A stretch of 64,000 bases of DNA, taken from assembly GCA_965223705.1 (NCBI GenBank), contig OZ245015.1:4478234-4542233 (forward strand), written 5' to 3'. Made by a program: the position numbers and the translations under genes. Positions within the stretch are counted from its first letter, which is position 1, and each line of letters opens with the position of its first letter. A model generated the notes under the pieces. It searched no databases, was not told where the DNA came from, and saw only the letters and a list, made by a program, of their open reading frames with translations. Shown here one piece after another: positions 1 to 9,863 of this stretch. Origin of the DNA: Myxococcota bacterium. Its GTDB lineage: Bacteria > Myxococcota_A > UBA9160 > UBA6930.

Positions 1-324
1 TTCGAAAAGCGGACCATGTCCGCGATGGGCGCACCGGGCCTCGCGGACTGGATCGATCATCTGAAGCTACGCCACGCCATCGTGGCGGGCATCGAGACCC
101 ATGCGTGCATCAACCAGACCACGCACGAGCTGCTCGCCGCGGGTTATCGCGTGCACCTGCCGGTCGACACCCTGTCGTCGCGGCAACCGTTCGAACACGA
201 GCAAGGCCTCGCGAAGATGCGAGGCGCAGGCGCCCTGATGACAAGCGTCGAACAGTGCCTCCTCGAGTGCGTGCGGAGCGCCGATCATCCCGAGTTCAAG
301 ACCGTTCAACAACTGATCAAGTAG
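1..324 (+). CDS. Isochorismatase-family cysteine hydrolase (5' truncated)
   Basis: Frame open from base 1: [10 protein letters not shown]...[28 protein letters not shown], typical YcaC/ISOC-like motifs. Confidence 0.85.
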   Translation, partial: FEKRTMSAMGAPGLADWIDHLKLRHAIVAGIETHACINQTTHELLAAGYRVHLPVDTLSSRQPFEHEQGLAKMRGAGALMTSVEQCLLECVRSADHPEFKTVQQLIK

Positions 325-424
325 CCGTCCGAAAACGCTCGCAACGGGCACCGGTGTCGGGTTAGGCTGCTCGCCAGCCCGGGCAGGGCTTTGTTGCGTT
401 CATTTTCTCGAGGGAGAACTGTTC

Positions 425-823
425 ATGTCCATGATGTCCGAATTCAAAGACTTCGCGATGCGGGGGAATGTCGTCGACATGGCTGTCGGCATTATCATCG
501 GCGGGGCGTTCGGAAAAATCGTCAGCTCGTTCGTGAACGACGTGTTGATGCCGCCGATCGGCTTGTTGTTGGGGGGCGTTGACTTCTCGAACCTGGCGAT
601 GACGCTTCAGGAAGCGGCCGGAGAAGCGGAAGCGGTGACGCTGAACTACGGCATGTTCATCCAGACTGTGGTCGATTTCCTCATCATCGCGTTTGCGATC
701 TTCATGGTGATCAAAGCCATGAACGCAGCAAAGACCAAGGAAGAGGAAGCCCCGGAGGCTCCGCCCGAGCCCTCGAAAGAAGAGGTCCTCCTCACGGAAA
801 TCCGGGACGCGTTGCGCCGGTAG
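425..823 (+). CDS. mscL: Large-conductance mechanosensitive channel
   Basis: [30 protein letters not shown]...LLTEIRDAL signature. Confidence 0.97.
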   Translation: MSMMSEFKDFAMRGNVVDMAVGIIIGGAFGKIVSSFVNDVLMPPIGLLLGGVDFSNLAMTLQEAAGEAEAVTLNYGMFIQTVVDFLIIAFAIFMVIKAMNAAKTKEEEAPEAPPEPSKEEVLLTEIRDALRR

Positions 824-856
824 TCAAGCGTTTCTCGAACCGATGGGCGCGGTGCG

Positions 857-1423
857 CTACGGCGCGCCGCGCCCTGCTCGGTTTTCAAGGCCACGCTCGA
901 GAGCGGAGACGAGCTGCGCCGGATCCCGGTAATCGTAGAAATACCGAAAGCGCGAGGGTGCGGCGGCGACGTCTTGAATTTCGCCGCTCGACGTGAGGAG
1001 CAGAGTGCGCGGCAGGTAGTCTCCATCGGGCGCGAGCAACCGACTCGTGGCGGGTTCTCGATCCTGATTCACGCGAACCATCACGTACGACTCCGTTTTC
1101 TCTAAGACGGACGCCTCGTAAAAATTGCGACCGTACTGCTTGCAGTGGTGACACCAGTCGGCGTACACGACAGCCAAGATGGGCTTTCCCTCTGCCGCCG
1201 CGACCTCGAGCCCTGCGTCATAGCGCAGCCACTCGACGCTGTCGTCGTTCCAATCGAGCTTGGTCGGGAGGGCGTGCCGCGCGTCGCGTGGTTTCTCTTC
1301 GCGAGGCGCGGCGGCGGTCGTTTTCGGCTTCTCGATCGGAAGCGATGGCTCGGGGGCCGGCTCGCTACAACCGAGCAGCAGCGCCGTGGCGCCGATCAAG
1401 CCCCATCGATAGGCGCGTTCCAA
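857..1423 (-). CDS. Thioredoxin-fold lipoprotein
   Basis: Lipobox LLGC; YADWCHHCK CxxC; YLPRTLLL cis-Pro loop. Confidence 0.8.
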   Translation of the reverse strand: MERAYRWGLIGATALLLGCSEPAPEPSLPIEKPKTTAAAPREEKPRDARHALPTKLDWNDDSVEWLRYDAGLEVAAAEGKPILAVVYADWCHHCKQYGRNFYEASVLEKTESYVMVRVNQDREPATSRLLAPDGDYLPRTLLLTSSGEIQDVAAAPSRFRYFYDYRDPAQLVSALERGLENRAGRGAP

Positions 1424-1471
1424 CCGATCTGCCCTCCCCCGCTTCCGAGGGCAATCTCGCTCCGGAGACGC

Positions 1472-2644
1472 TCAGGGAAGCCCCGGCGTGAGCAACGATC
1501 CGATCCGTCGGAGCGTGCCCCGCTGCCCGCTTTTCGCGATCGCTTTACGATACGCGTTGATGAGCCTAGCGGTTTCAGCCGGCCAGCTGGAACGCAGTGC
1601 GGTTTTGCGCGCCTGGCGCGCGAAATGCTCCCGCATCGTCTCGCGGTCGAGGACTTCGCGAACGCCCGCAATAGCACCGTCCAGATGCTCGGGATCGAAC
1701 AGCATCCCGTTTTCCCCATGAGCGACGATATCGGGCAGCCCACCCGAGTCTGCAGCGACCACGGGTAACCCGGAAGCCATCGCTTCGAGCGCGACAAAAC
1801 CCAGTGTCTCGGTCGTCGATGGCATGAAGAACACGTCGGCGCTGGCATAGGCTGCTGCGAGTTCTTCTCCGCGCAAGAAGCCCATGAACGTCGTCCGTTG
1901 CGGATTCAGGGTTTGCTCGAGCGGTTCGCGGTCCGGGCCGTCTCCGACGAGAGCGAGCCTTGCGTCCGGAAGTGCCCGCATCACACGCCGCAGACAAGCG
2001 AGATTCTTCTCCGGCGCCAAGCGCCCGACGTAGAGAATCACGGGGCCGTCGGGGCGTCCCCCGGCGAGTCGTTCGCGCATGGCGAGCGACCGCCGCGACG
2101 GATGGAATCGCTCGGTGTCGACGCCGCCGCGCCAAATTTCGACGCTCGCGAAGCCGTGCTCCTGCAGCTCCGTCCGGGTCTGCCGCGACGGCGTCAGGTT
2201 GAGATCCGCGGCGTTGTGAATCGAACGGAGAACCGGCCACAGCGCCGGTGACACCGCGCCCCAACCGTACCGGCGCAGATAACCCGGGAAGTCCGTGTGA
2301 TACGACGCGATGGTCGGCAACCCGAGCAGCTTGGCCGAGAGCAACCCCCAGATTCCGAGACAGGCCGGACCCACCAGGTGAACGACGTTCGGCTCGAACT
2401 GGCGCATGGCCCAGACGATTCGCGGATCCGGTGCGCTCATGCGCACGCCGGGATACATCGGAAACGGTGCGCCCGGCACGCGCACGACTTTAGCGCCGCA
2501 CACTTCCGGATCGGCATCCTCTGGACCGAACAGCAAGACTTCGTGACCGAAGTGCTCTTGCAGACAAGAAATGGTGTGTCGGAGTCGATTCGTAATCCCG
2601 TCGATTTTCGGCGGCGTAACTTCTGAGACGATCGCAATCTTCAT
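1472..2644 (-). CDS. GT4 glycosyltransferase, SqdX/SQD2/MgtA-like glycolipid synthase
   Basis: MKIAIVSEVTPPKIDG, SYHTDF, YVGRLAPEKN, PSTTETLGFVALEAMASGLPVV. Confidence 0.88.
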   Translation of the reverse strand: MKIAIVSEVTPPKIDGITNRLRHTISCLQEHFGHEVLLFGPEDADPEVCGAKVVRVPGAPFPMYPGVRMSAPDPRIVWAMRQFEPNVVHLVGPACLGIWGLLSAKLLGLPTIASYHTDFPGYLRRYGWGAVSPALWPVLRSIHNAADLNLTPSRQTRTELQEHGFASVEIWRGGVDTERFHPSRRSLAMRERLAGGRPDGPVILYVGRLAPEKNLACLRRVMRALPDARLALVGDGPDREPLEQTLNPQRTTFMGFLRGEELAAAYASADVFFMPSTTETLGFVALEAMASGLPVVAADSGGLPDIVAHGENGMLFDPEHLDGAIAGVREVLDRETMREHFARQARKTALRSSWPAETARLINAYRKAIAKSGQRGTLRRIGSLLTPGLP

Positions 2645-2785
2645 AGGCAACTCCCGATAGTGTCGAGGGCCGGACCGCATGGGGACGCGCAGACCCTAGG
2701 TACCGATCGGTGAAACGCGGTGACTCGCCCGGGACAAGGAAGCGAAGAAGACGTGACGAAACGGCGTCGGAAGGAACGGACGCGT

Positions 2786-3553
2786 CTAGAACCGGCTCGC
2801 CCGGCTCCAGCCGATGGTCTGGAGCTTTCGGTACAGGTTCGGAGCGAAGGCGAATACCAACTTGAGTGCCCGAAACGACAGGGGCTCATCGAACGTCCCA
2901 ACCCAATCGTCGCCTTCCGCCCAGGTCGCGATGCGCTGCGCTACGTCCGTAGCCGCGGTTGCGTTATCGCAGCGCTTCTTGCGGATCTTGCGTCCCCGCT
3001 CGTTCAGTCGCAGCGCGGGCGCCCACGCCAAGGGACCTCGAATTGCACCGGGGCGATAGAGGCGGAGACGCAGGGTCGGGTTCGCGCTTTGCGCGATCGG
3101 ACTCACGCCCGTGACGAAATGATGCATCGCGATTTTCGAGGCGTGGTACAGCGGACCAAAACAGGAGGGAGAACCGTCGGCGATCGATCCGATGACGATG
3201 ATGTCGAGACCGTCTTTCCACTGTCGTTCCGCGGCTTCGATGCACACCGTGGCCGGAAAGACGTAGTTGATGTTTTGTAGCTCTGACAATGCGTCAACGG
3301 TCGGCATACCGCCGGCCCCGACCTCGCGCTCGATTTGCCCGGCGTTCAGATAGACAAGGTTCGGCTCGAGATCGAGCAAGGCCCGTGCGTCGGCTCGAGT
3401 CTCCTGGGTGTTCGCAGACGTGCTGTGACACTCGGGCGCGTCGGGGAGTACGTCGCGGCTCACTCCGACAACCTCCCACCCTCGGGACCGGTACTGCGCT
3501 GCCAACGCGCGGCCAAGGGTTCCCGTCACGCCGGTGATCACGACCCGTTTCAC
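2786..3553 (-). CDS. Short-chain dehydrogenase/reductase
   Basis: VITGVTGTLG Rossmann motif, NAG, YHASK catalytic motif; GTG start overlaps upstream TGA. Confidence 0.8.
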   Translation of the reverse strand: MKRVVITGVTGTLGRALAAQYRSRGWEVVGVSRDVLPDAPECHSTSANTQETRADARALLDLEPNLVYLNAGQIEREVGAGGMPTVDALSELQNINYVFPATVCIEAAERQWKDGLDIIVIGSIADGSPSCFGPLYHASKIAMHHFVTGVSPIAQSANPTLRLRLYRPGAIRGPLAWAPALRLNERGRKIRKKRCDNATAATDVAQRIATWAEGDDWVGTFDEPLSFRALKLVFAFAPNLYRKLQTIGWSRASRF

Positions 3554-4980
3554 GCGGCCTCCGACACGATGGCGTCGGCGACGCGCAACGCGTTCGCGGC
3601 GATGGTCAGGGCGGGCCCTACGCCCAGCGAAGTCGGCATGAAACTCCCATCGGCAACCCAGACGTTCTCCGTACCGTGCACCCGGCAGTCGGGTCCGAGA
3701 ACTGCCACCTGCGGATCCCGCCCGAACCGGCACGTCCCGACTTGATGTGCGAGATGGCGGTGCGACCGGTGCGCGGTCCACCGGAAACGGAGACTTCCAG
3801 CACCTCGAAAACTACCGGCGAGAAGCCTCCGCGCGATCCGGGCACGGGCGAGATCGTACCGGTGAAAACGACGACGAAGCGTCACACTCCCTCGGACGAG
3901 CGACACACGGTTAAGACGCGACGGCAAATCTTCGATCGACAGTGCGACAAGGGCCGAGCGCTTCGCAAGCCCGCGCAGCGCCTTCGGGAGCGCTTCCTCG
4001 GGTACTGGGATCTGTTGGGCGTAGCCCAGCTTGTGGCCTTCGGGCGAGACATAGTGGTCCGAGAAACCGATCTGTTTCGCGAACCGCTCGGCGCCCCCCG
4101 TGGGCCTCGCGAATACAATCGCTGCGAGCACCCCGAGATGGCACATATGGAAGCGTCCGAGCGCCGGGTGATCCGCGGCCAGCTCCGACGACTCGAGGAG
4201 GGTCGGCGTCCCCAAAGCGCCCGCTGCCAAAACGACGTGACGACACGTGACGCGCTCGAGCGAGTTCTTGTGCACGACCTCCACGGCGCGAGCGATGCCG
4301 CGAACGTGATCGATTCTTCGAACGTCCGCGCCTCTCCACAGGTCGGGAGCAACCGCGTCCTTTGCGGCGACGAGACTCGTCGCACGCGCCCCGGTCGGAC
4401 AGGTGCGACCGGGACACGCGGGGCACTGAGCACAGCGCTCCCAGTCGATGGCCAAGGGGAGTCGCCGCGACCTGACCCCGTTTCGATCGAGGATCGATGC
4501 GAGAGTTCGCGCCAAAGGCTCGAGCCCGGGGAGCACCGCTGGGTACGCTTCGTTCCGCCGACCCAGAAAAGGCCACGGTTCGCGGTGCTCGCCGGACACG
4601 CGAAACAGTCGTTCCGCGCGGTCGTAATACGGTTCGAGGGCCTCGTAGTCGATCGGCCAATCCCACAACGATTTCGGAAGCCAGCGTGAGTAGAAGCGGC
4701 CCGGCGAAAAATCGAGAGGCGATGGGCGAAGCATCACGCCTCCGTAGAAAGCGGTGCTTCCGCCCGGCCCGGCACCGACCAGCGGGGCCGCACGCCGTCC
4801 GTTGAGTCGGATGGTCGGTGCGACGGCTTTCTCGAGAAGTCCCGGTGCGCGGGCCTCCTGCACGTCGCCCCGCTCGAGCGCGAGAACGCGCAGCCCGCGG
4901 CGGGCGAGTTCTCCCGCGAGCACACCGCCGCCCGCTCCCGCACCCACCACGACAACGTCGAAGTCCGGCGCGTCAGACAA
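3550..4980 (-). CDS. GMC-family FAD oxidoreductase
   Basis: VVVVGAGAGG, GGSTAFYGG, CAQCPACPGRTC, HQVGTCRFG, VADGSFMPTSLGVGPALTIAANA; start approximate (TTG). Confidence 0.88.
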   Translation of the reverse strand: MSDAPDFDVVVVGAGAGGGVLAGELARRGLRVLALERGDVQEARAPGLLEKAVAPTIRLNGRRAAPLVGAGPGGSTAFYGGVMLRPSPLDFSPGRFYSRWLPKSLWDWPIDYEALEPYYDRAERLFRVSGEHREPWPFLGRRNEAYPAVLPGLEPLARTLASILDRNGVRSRRLPLAIDWERCAQCPACPGRTCPTGARATSLVAAKDAVAPDLWRGADVRRIDHVRGIARAVEVVHKNSLERVTCRHVVLAAGALGTPTLLESSELAADHPALGRFHMCHLGVLAAIVFARPTGGAERFAKQIGFSDHYVSPEGHKLGYAQQIPVPEEALPKALRGLAKRSALVALSIEDLPSRLNRVSLVRGSVTLRRRFHRYDLARARIARRLLAGSFRGAGSLRFRWTAHRSHRHLAHQVGTCRFGRDPQVAVLGPDCRVHGTENVWVADGSFMPTSLGVGPALTIAANALRVADAIVSEAA

Positions 4981-5638
4981 GAAGGCACGAAACGACGAGT
5001 GCGAAGGTCGCCGCGTTTCCGATGATGACGAGCACGTGAAAGAGCTCGTGGTAGGAGAAAAAGGGAGGCCATAGCACGGGTCGACGGATTGCGAACAGAA
5101 ACGCGCCAACGCCCGATGCTGCCGCCGCGAGGAAGGCCAACGACACTTCGGCGGCGGGAAATCGGTGGACGATTGCCGGGAGCGTCAGCAAGCCGAGTGC
5201 GGCGATCACCGAGTAGGCCGGAATTCCAGCCCGAGCGCAGACCCGCCGCGCGAGGAGTTTTCTCGCGACACCCAGGGCGGCCACGGTTGCGATCGAAAGG
5301 ACCAACCAGCCGTCCGCCGCATACCCGCCGAGTTCCGCCAGTGCGCAGGCCGTCGCGGCGATGTGCAGATAGATGGTCACGTGATCCGCCCGCTGCAGCG
5401 CGCGCTTCCAAAACGGAGCCCAAGGCAGGGAGTGGTACGTCGCGCTCACGAAGAACAACGCGCAAAGCGTCAGACCGTAGAGATGAATGGCCAGCGCGCC
5501 CTGCGCGGCGTTCGTCCAAACGACGGTGGCTGCGGGAACGGCCAGGCCGAAACCCACGAGGTCGATCAGGCCCCGCGCCGGGCTACAGAACGGCCCGATG
5601 CGGAACCCGGCGGGTCCTCCCGACAGAGCGCGGTCCAT
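4973..5638 (-). CDS. Hemolysin III / PAQR family membrane protein
   Basis: SATYH, RADHVTIY, YHELFHVLV motifs; hydrophobic helices. Confidence 0.85.
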   Translation of the reverse strand: MDRALSGGPAGFRIGPFCSPARGLIDLVGFGLAVPAATVVWTNAAQGALAIHLYGLTLCALFFVSATYHSLPWAPFWKRALQRADHVTIYLHIAATACALAELGGYAADGWLVLSIATVAALGVARKLLARRVCARAGIPAYSVIAALGLLTLPAIVHRFPAAEVSLAFLAAAASGVGAFLFAIRRPVLWPPFFSYHELFHVLVIIGNAATFALVVSCLLV

Positions 5639-5715
5639 GCGCGCAACATCGGATCCTTCGGTGAAGCACCGGTGACAGCAGTTCTACGTTTTGGCCGCAC
5701 CTGGCGGTCAGCGGG

Positions 5716-6174
5716 CTACGCCGCGGATTTTTTCGCCGCGTCGTGGGCTTGCTGGACCCGGCGGAGCTCCTCCCAGCCCAGATAGCTCGTGAACCCCTCG
5801 TCATCGAAGAAGAGCACGGGGCCGTCGCACAAGAAGATGTACTCGGTGTCTTCGAGAGCCGTGGTCGCGCCGTGAATCATGCCGTTGCGCTCGTAGACGT
5901 AGTCGCCCGCCTCGAGAATCCCGTCGCGAACCTGCAGCTTGCCCTTGATCACGAACGTATGCGCCGCGCTCAAGTGCTTGTGCTGCGGAGCGACGAAGCC
6001 CTTCAGCCAGCGAAACAGCACCGCCCAGCGCCCACTCTCGGGACACGTAAAGAGGATCTTCATGAAGCCGCGATCGGGGTCCGGCTGCTGGGGAATCCAG
6101 TCCATGTCGCCGGTCTTCATCAGCGTGTCCATGAGCTCGGGATTGATCGGAGCGATTTCTTGCGGAAGGGCCAT
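5716..6174 (-). CDS. Cupin protein (2,4'-dihydroxyacetophenone dioxygenase/ChrR-like)
   Basis: PQHKH...AGDYVYERNGMIH cupin metal motif. Confidence 0.8.
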   Translation of the reverse strand: MALPQEIAPINPELMDTLMKTGDMDWIPQQPDPDRGFMKILFTCPESGRWAVLFRWLKGFVAPQHKHLSAAHTFVIKGKLQVRDGILEAGDYVYERNGMIHGATTALEDTEYIFLCDGPVLFFDDEGFTSYLGWEELRRVQQAHDAAKKSAA

Positions 6175-6197
6175 CGGGTTCTCCTATGGGTTGCTGG

Positions 6198-6503
6198 TTA
6201 GCCGAGCAGTTTGTCGACCTGGCTCACGTCGTAGCGGTTGACTTTGATTTCCTTGACGTCGAATCCGCCCATCGCTTGTTGAAACGTCGCCATGTGGGGG
6301 GCTTTGAAATGAGCGTCGAGGGCCGCCTGGGATTCCCATTCTTCGAAGATGTGGAACAGCCCGGGCTCCCCGAGATCCCTCGAGAACGTGTAGGAAATAC
6401 AACCGGCTTCCTGCCGCGTCGCCTCCATCACGGTCTGCGCCGCCGCGACTGCGGCGTCGACTTTGTCGGGGTTCATCCTGACGTAACCGGCAACTACGAG
6501 CAT
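6198..6503 (-). CDS. ABM-domain putative quinol monooxygenase
   Basis: TRQEAGCISYTF...FEEWESQAALDAHFKAPH. Confidence 0.88.
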   Translation of the reverse strand: MLVVAGYVRMNPDKVDAAVAAAQTVMEATRQEAGCISYTFSRDLGEPGLFHIFEEWESQAALDAHFKAPHMATFQQAMGGFDVKEIKVNRYDVSQVDKLLG

Positions 6504-6657
6504 GGGGCCTCCATGGGAAAAGCCTAGCGCGTGCACGCGAAAGCCCGGACGAAGGGGTCGGGAGAAAACGCCAAAGTCTCTGAAAACACTCGCAAATTCT
6601 CGAGCGGCGCAAGCTGCTGTCCGATGCGGTGGAGATCTCAGGAAGCGAGGTCTCCCC

Positions 6658-7857
6658 GTGGAAAAAAAGAACGGCCCGATTCATATTCTTCGCGAATTCT
6701 CGATCCCGCTCATCGCCGGAGTCGCCTGCGCTGTCGGGTTCGCAAACCTCGCGCCCGAAACCTACGAACACTGGCTTCATGCGTCGCCGTTCGGTGCGGG
6801 CAGTCACTTCAATTTCCACTTCATCGTGAACGACATCTTCATGGTGTTCTTCTTCGGAATCGCCGCGAAGGAAATCGCTGAGAGCGTGTTGCCGGGCGGC
6901 GATCTCTACCCCATCAAGCGAGCCATCAACCCGATCTTTGGAACGATCGGCGGCGTCCTCGGCCCGATCGCCGTCTACCTCGCGTGGGCTTCGTTCGCGG
7001 GCGATCCCGCCCTCTCGCGCGGCTGGGCCATTCCGACGGCCACGGACATCGCGCTGGCATGGCTCGTTGCGCGCATCGCTTTCGGGAGCGGTCATCCGGC
7101 TGTGAGCTTTCTGCTGCTCCTGGCGATTGTCGACGACGGAATCGGTCTGGGAATCATCGCGATCTTCTACCCGGACCCGCATCACCCCGTGGCGCCCGCT
7201 TGGCTCGCACTGGCCGGCGCGGGCATGGCTCTGGCCTACGGCTTGCGCAAGCGAGGCGTCGAACGGGTCCTGGTATACCTCGTTGGGCCGGGACTCTTGT
7301 CCTGGTTCGGGTTCTTTTTCGCACATCTGCATCCGGCCCTCGCACTCGTGCCGATCATTCCGTTCTTGCCGGGCCCGAGAGCGGACGCGGGACTCTATGA
7401 AGAAGAGAGCGACGGACGACCGCACCCCGATGCGCTGAATCGCTTTGAGCACAACGCGAAACCGTGGGTCGACTTCGGCTTGTTCGCGTTCGGCCTCGCG
7501 AATGCGGGTGTCGCGTTCTCCGCGGTGGGCGACGCCACGTGGTCGGTTCTGGCCGGTCTCATCCTCGGCAAGACCTTGGGTATCTTCGGGTTCTCGATGC
7601 TCGCCGTGCGACTCGGCTTCCCGCTACCGCCGGGGCTCTCTCCCTCCTCGCTCCTCCTCGTCGGTCTGACAGCGGGTCTCGGTCTCACCGTCGCGCTCTT
7701 TGTCGCGGGCGTTGCGTTTACCGATCCGGCCCTCCAGAGCGGAGCGAAGATGGGCGCGTTGCTTTCGGGACTGGTCGCGCCGGTCGTGATCGGCCTGGCG
7801 AAATTCGGCCGTATGGTCGACCGGGGCGTCGCCGAGGGAGCCCGCTCGAAAGCCTGA
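6658..7857 (+). CDS. nhaA: Na+/H+ antiporter NhaA family
   Basis: VNDIFMVFFF, GWAIPTATDIA, LAIVDD, GLILGKTLGI. Confidence 0.92.
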   Translation: MEKKNGPIHILREFSIPLIAGVACAVGFANLAPETYEHWLHASPFGAGSHFNFHFIVNDIFMVFFFGIAAKEIAESVLPGGDLYPIKRAINPIFGTIGGVLGPIAVYLAWASFAGDPALSRGWAIPTATDIALAWLVARIAFGSGHPAVSFLLLLAIVDDGIGLGIIAIFYPDPHHPVAPAWLALAGAGMALAYGLRKRGVERVLVYLVGPGLLSWFGFFFAHLHPALALVPIIPFLPGPRADAGLYEEESDGRPHPDALNRFEHNAKPWVDFGLFAFGLANAGVAFSAVGDATWSVLAGLILGKTLGIFGFSMLAVRLGFPLPPGLSPSSLLLVGLTAGLGLTVALFVAGVAFTDPALQSGAKMGALLSGLVAPVVIGLAKFGRMVDRGVAEGARSKA

Positions 7858-7900
7858 CGCACGTCGGGCACACTCGGGAGATGAAGCCCGCACGACTCCG

Positions 7901-9061
7901 GTGGTGAGCGTGCTTCCGACGGAAGCACAGCGAGCCTTTCAGTCCGCGGCGCGGCGGTTCGCCACGGAGAAGATCGTGCCGCACGTCGGCGCGTGGGAGC
8001 GCGATGGGACCGGCGCTCCCGAGGCGCTCCTCCGGGAGATGGGGACGGTCGGATTCTTCGGGATGTTGATTCCGGAGGCGTTCGGAGGCGCAGGGCTCGA
8101 TTTCGTGTCCTACGCCTTGGCGACCGAGGAGCTGGCGGCGGCCGATTGCGGTTTGTGCAATCTGGTGAACGTCTCGAACTCCCCCGTCGCTGCGGCACTG
8201 CGCGACTACGGCACCCCTTCTCAGCGCGAGCGTTGGCTTCCGCTTCTGGCGGCCGGAGACCTCCGCGGCTGTTTCCTCCTCACGGAAGCCGCGGCGGGCT
8301 CCGACGCGGCGGCCATCGAGACGACCGCTTCTCGCGAGGGCGACCGCTTTGAGATCACCGGTGCGAAGCACTTCGTGACCGCAGGTGTGAGTGGCCACTT
8401 GGCGCTCGTGGTGGCGCGAGCGCCGGGGAGCCGCGGAAAAGACGGGATCTCGACGTTTCTCGTGCCGACCGAGTCCCCCGGCTACCGCGTGGTGCGGATC
8501 GAAGACAAACTCGGCCATCGAAACTGCGACACTGCACAGATCGCGCTCGACGGCGTCGTCGTGGACACAGAACATCGCCTCGGTCCTGAAGGTGCCGGCT
8601 ACAAGATCGCGCTCGCGTACTTGAACGGCGGTCGTATCGGGGTCGCCGCCCAGGGTGTGGGTGTCGCCCGCGCCGCGCTCGAATGCGCACTCGCCTATGC
8701 ACAGGAGCGCAAGACCTTCGGGAAACCGATCTTCGAACACCAAGCGGTGGCGTTTCAGCTCGCGGAAATGGCGACCCAAGTGAGCGCTGCCCGCGCCCTC
8801 ACCCTGCAAGCGGCCGCTCTCGAGGATGCCGGCCAGCCGGCGGTCGCGGAAGCCTCGATGGCGAAGCAGTTCGCCTCGCGCACAGCCGAGTTCGTCGCTT
8901 CCGAGGCGATTCAAATTTTGGGGGGCTACGGATACCTCCGCGATTTTCCGGTTGAGAAGTACTATCGCGATGCCCGCGTTTTGCGCATTTACGAGGGCAC
9001 GAACGAGATCCAGAAGTTGGTCATCGCGCGGCAGCTCGCCGCCGGATGGTCGGCGGGTTGA
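7901..9061 (+). CDS. Acyl-CoA dehydrogenase
   Basis: LTEAAAGSD, GRIGVAAQ, ILGGYGY, RIYEGTNEIQK. Confidence 0.95.
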   Translation: MVSVLPTEAQRAFQSAARRFATEKIVPHVGAWERDGTGAPEALLREMGTVGFFGMLIPEAFGGAGLDFVSYALATEELAAADCGLCNLVNVSNSPVAAALRDYGTPSQRERWLPLLAAGDLRGCFLLTEAAAGSDAAAIETTASREGDRFEITGAKHFVTAGVSGHLALVVARAPGSRGKDGISTFLVPTESPGYRVVRIEDKLGHRNCDTAQIALDGVVVDTEHRLGPEGAGYKIALAYLNGGRIGVAAQGVGVARAALECALAYAQERKTFGKPIFEHQAVAFQLAEMATQVSAARALTLQAAALEDAGQPAVAEASMAKQFASRTAEFVASEAIQILGGYGYLRDFPVEKYYRDARVLRIYEGTNEIQKLVIARQLAAGWSAG

Positions 9062-9076
9062 GACACGAGGAACTCT

Positions 9077-9841
9077 ATGAACGATCGAGCCGAATTGGTA
9101 ACGAGCCTGCGCGACTCGCGTCGCGCGGGCGGCGCCCCGAAGATGGACGGACCGGCCCTAGCGAGCGTCGACGACGCACTCGCGCTTCAACTCGACGTCC
9201 TCGATGCACTGCTCGCGTCGGGCGAAACCTTGGCCGGCTGGAAAGTCGGGCTGACCTCGGAGCGGGTGCGCAAACAACTCGGTCGCGAAGATCGACCGTT
9301 CGGCTACCTGCTCGGGTCGGGGGTTCATGACTCGGGAGCGGAAGTCCGCCTCGGGAGCGTCGTTCCCCAGGCCGGCGTCGAACCGGAGCTCTGTTTCGAG
9401 ATCGGGGAAACCCTTCCCGCATCGGACGTCACCCCCGAGCAAGCCCGTGCTGCGGTCGCGAAGATCAGCGCGGGTATGGAGATCAACGCGTTTCGCACCG
9501 ACGGCGCGTCCTTCGAGTGGCTCGTCGCCGATGATCTCGCGCAGTGGGGCATCGTGGTGGGATCCGGTATCGCTCCCTCGAGCGGTTTCGCTTCGGAAGA
9601 CGTCGGCGCCGTCATGACCTGCGACGGTCGGGAAGAAGCGAACGTCGCCGGCCCCGATGTTATCGACGACCACTTCCTGTCCCTCGCAATCCTCGCGAAC
9701 ACCCTGGGGCGATTCGGACGACGGCTCGAAGCGGGACAACGCGTCATCACCGGTTCTTTCAGTGCGCACCGGGTGAAGGCGCCCGGTCACTGGCACGCCG
9801 TGTTCTCCGGCGTCGGCGAAGTATCGATCCGCTTCATTTAG
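9077..9841 (+). CDS. 2-keto-4-pentenoate hydratase-like (FAA hydrolase superfamily)
   Basis: GWKVGLTS, VEPEL, LEAGQRVITGS. Confidence 0.82.
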   Translation: MNDRAELVTSLRDSRRAGGAPKMDGPALASVDDALALQLDVLDALLASGETLAGWKVGLTSERVRKQLGREDRPFGYLLGSGVHDSGAEVRLGSVVPQAGVEPELCFEIGETLPASDVTPEQARAAVAKISAGMEINAFRTDGASFEWLVADDLAQWGIVVGSGIAPSSGFASEDVGAVMTCDGREEANVAGPDVIDDHFLSLAILANTLGRFGRRLEAGQRVITGSFSAHRVKAPGHWHAVFSGVGEVSIRFI

Positions 9842-9863
9842 GCGACCGAGTTACAATGGCTGC

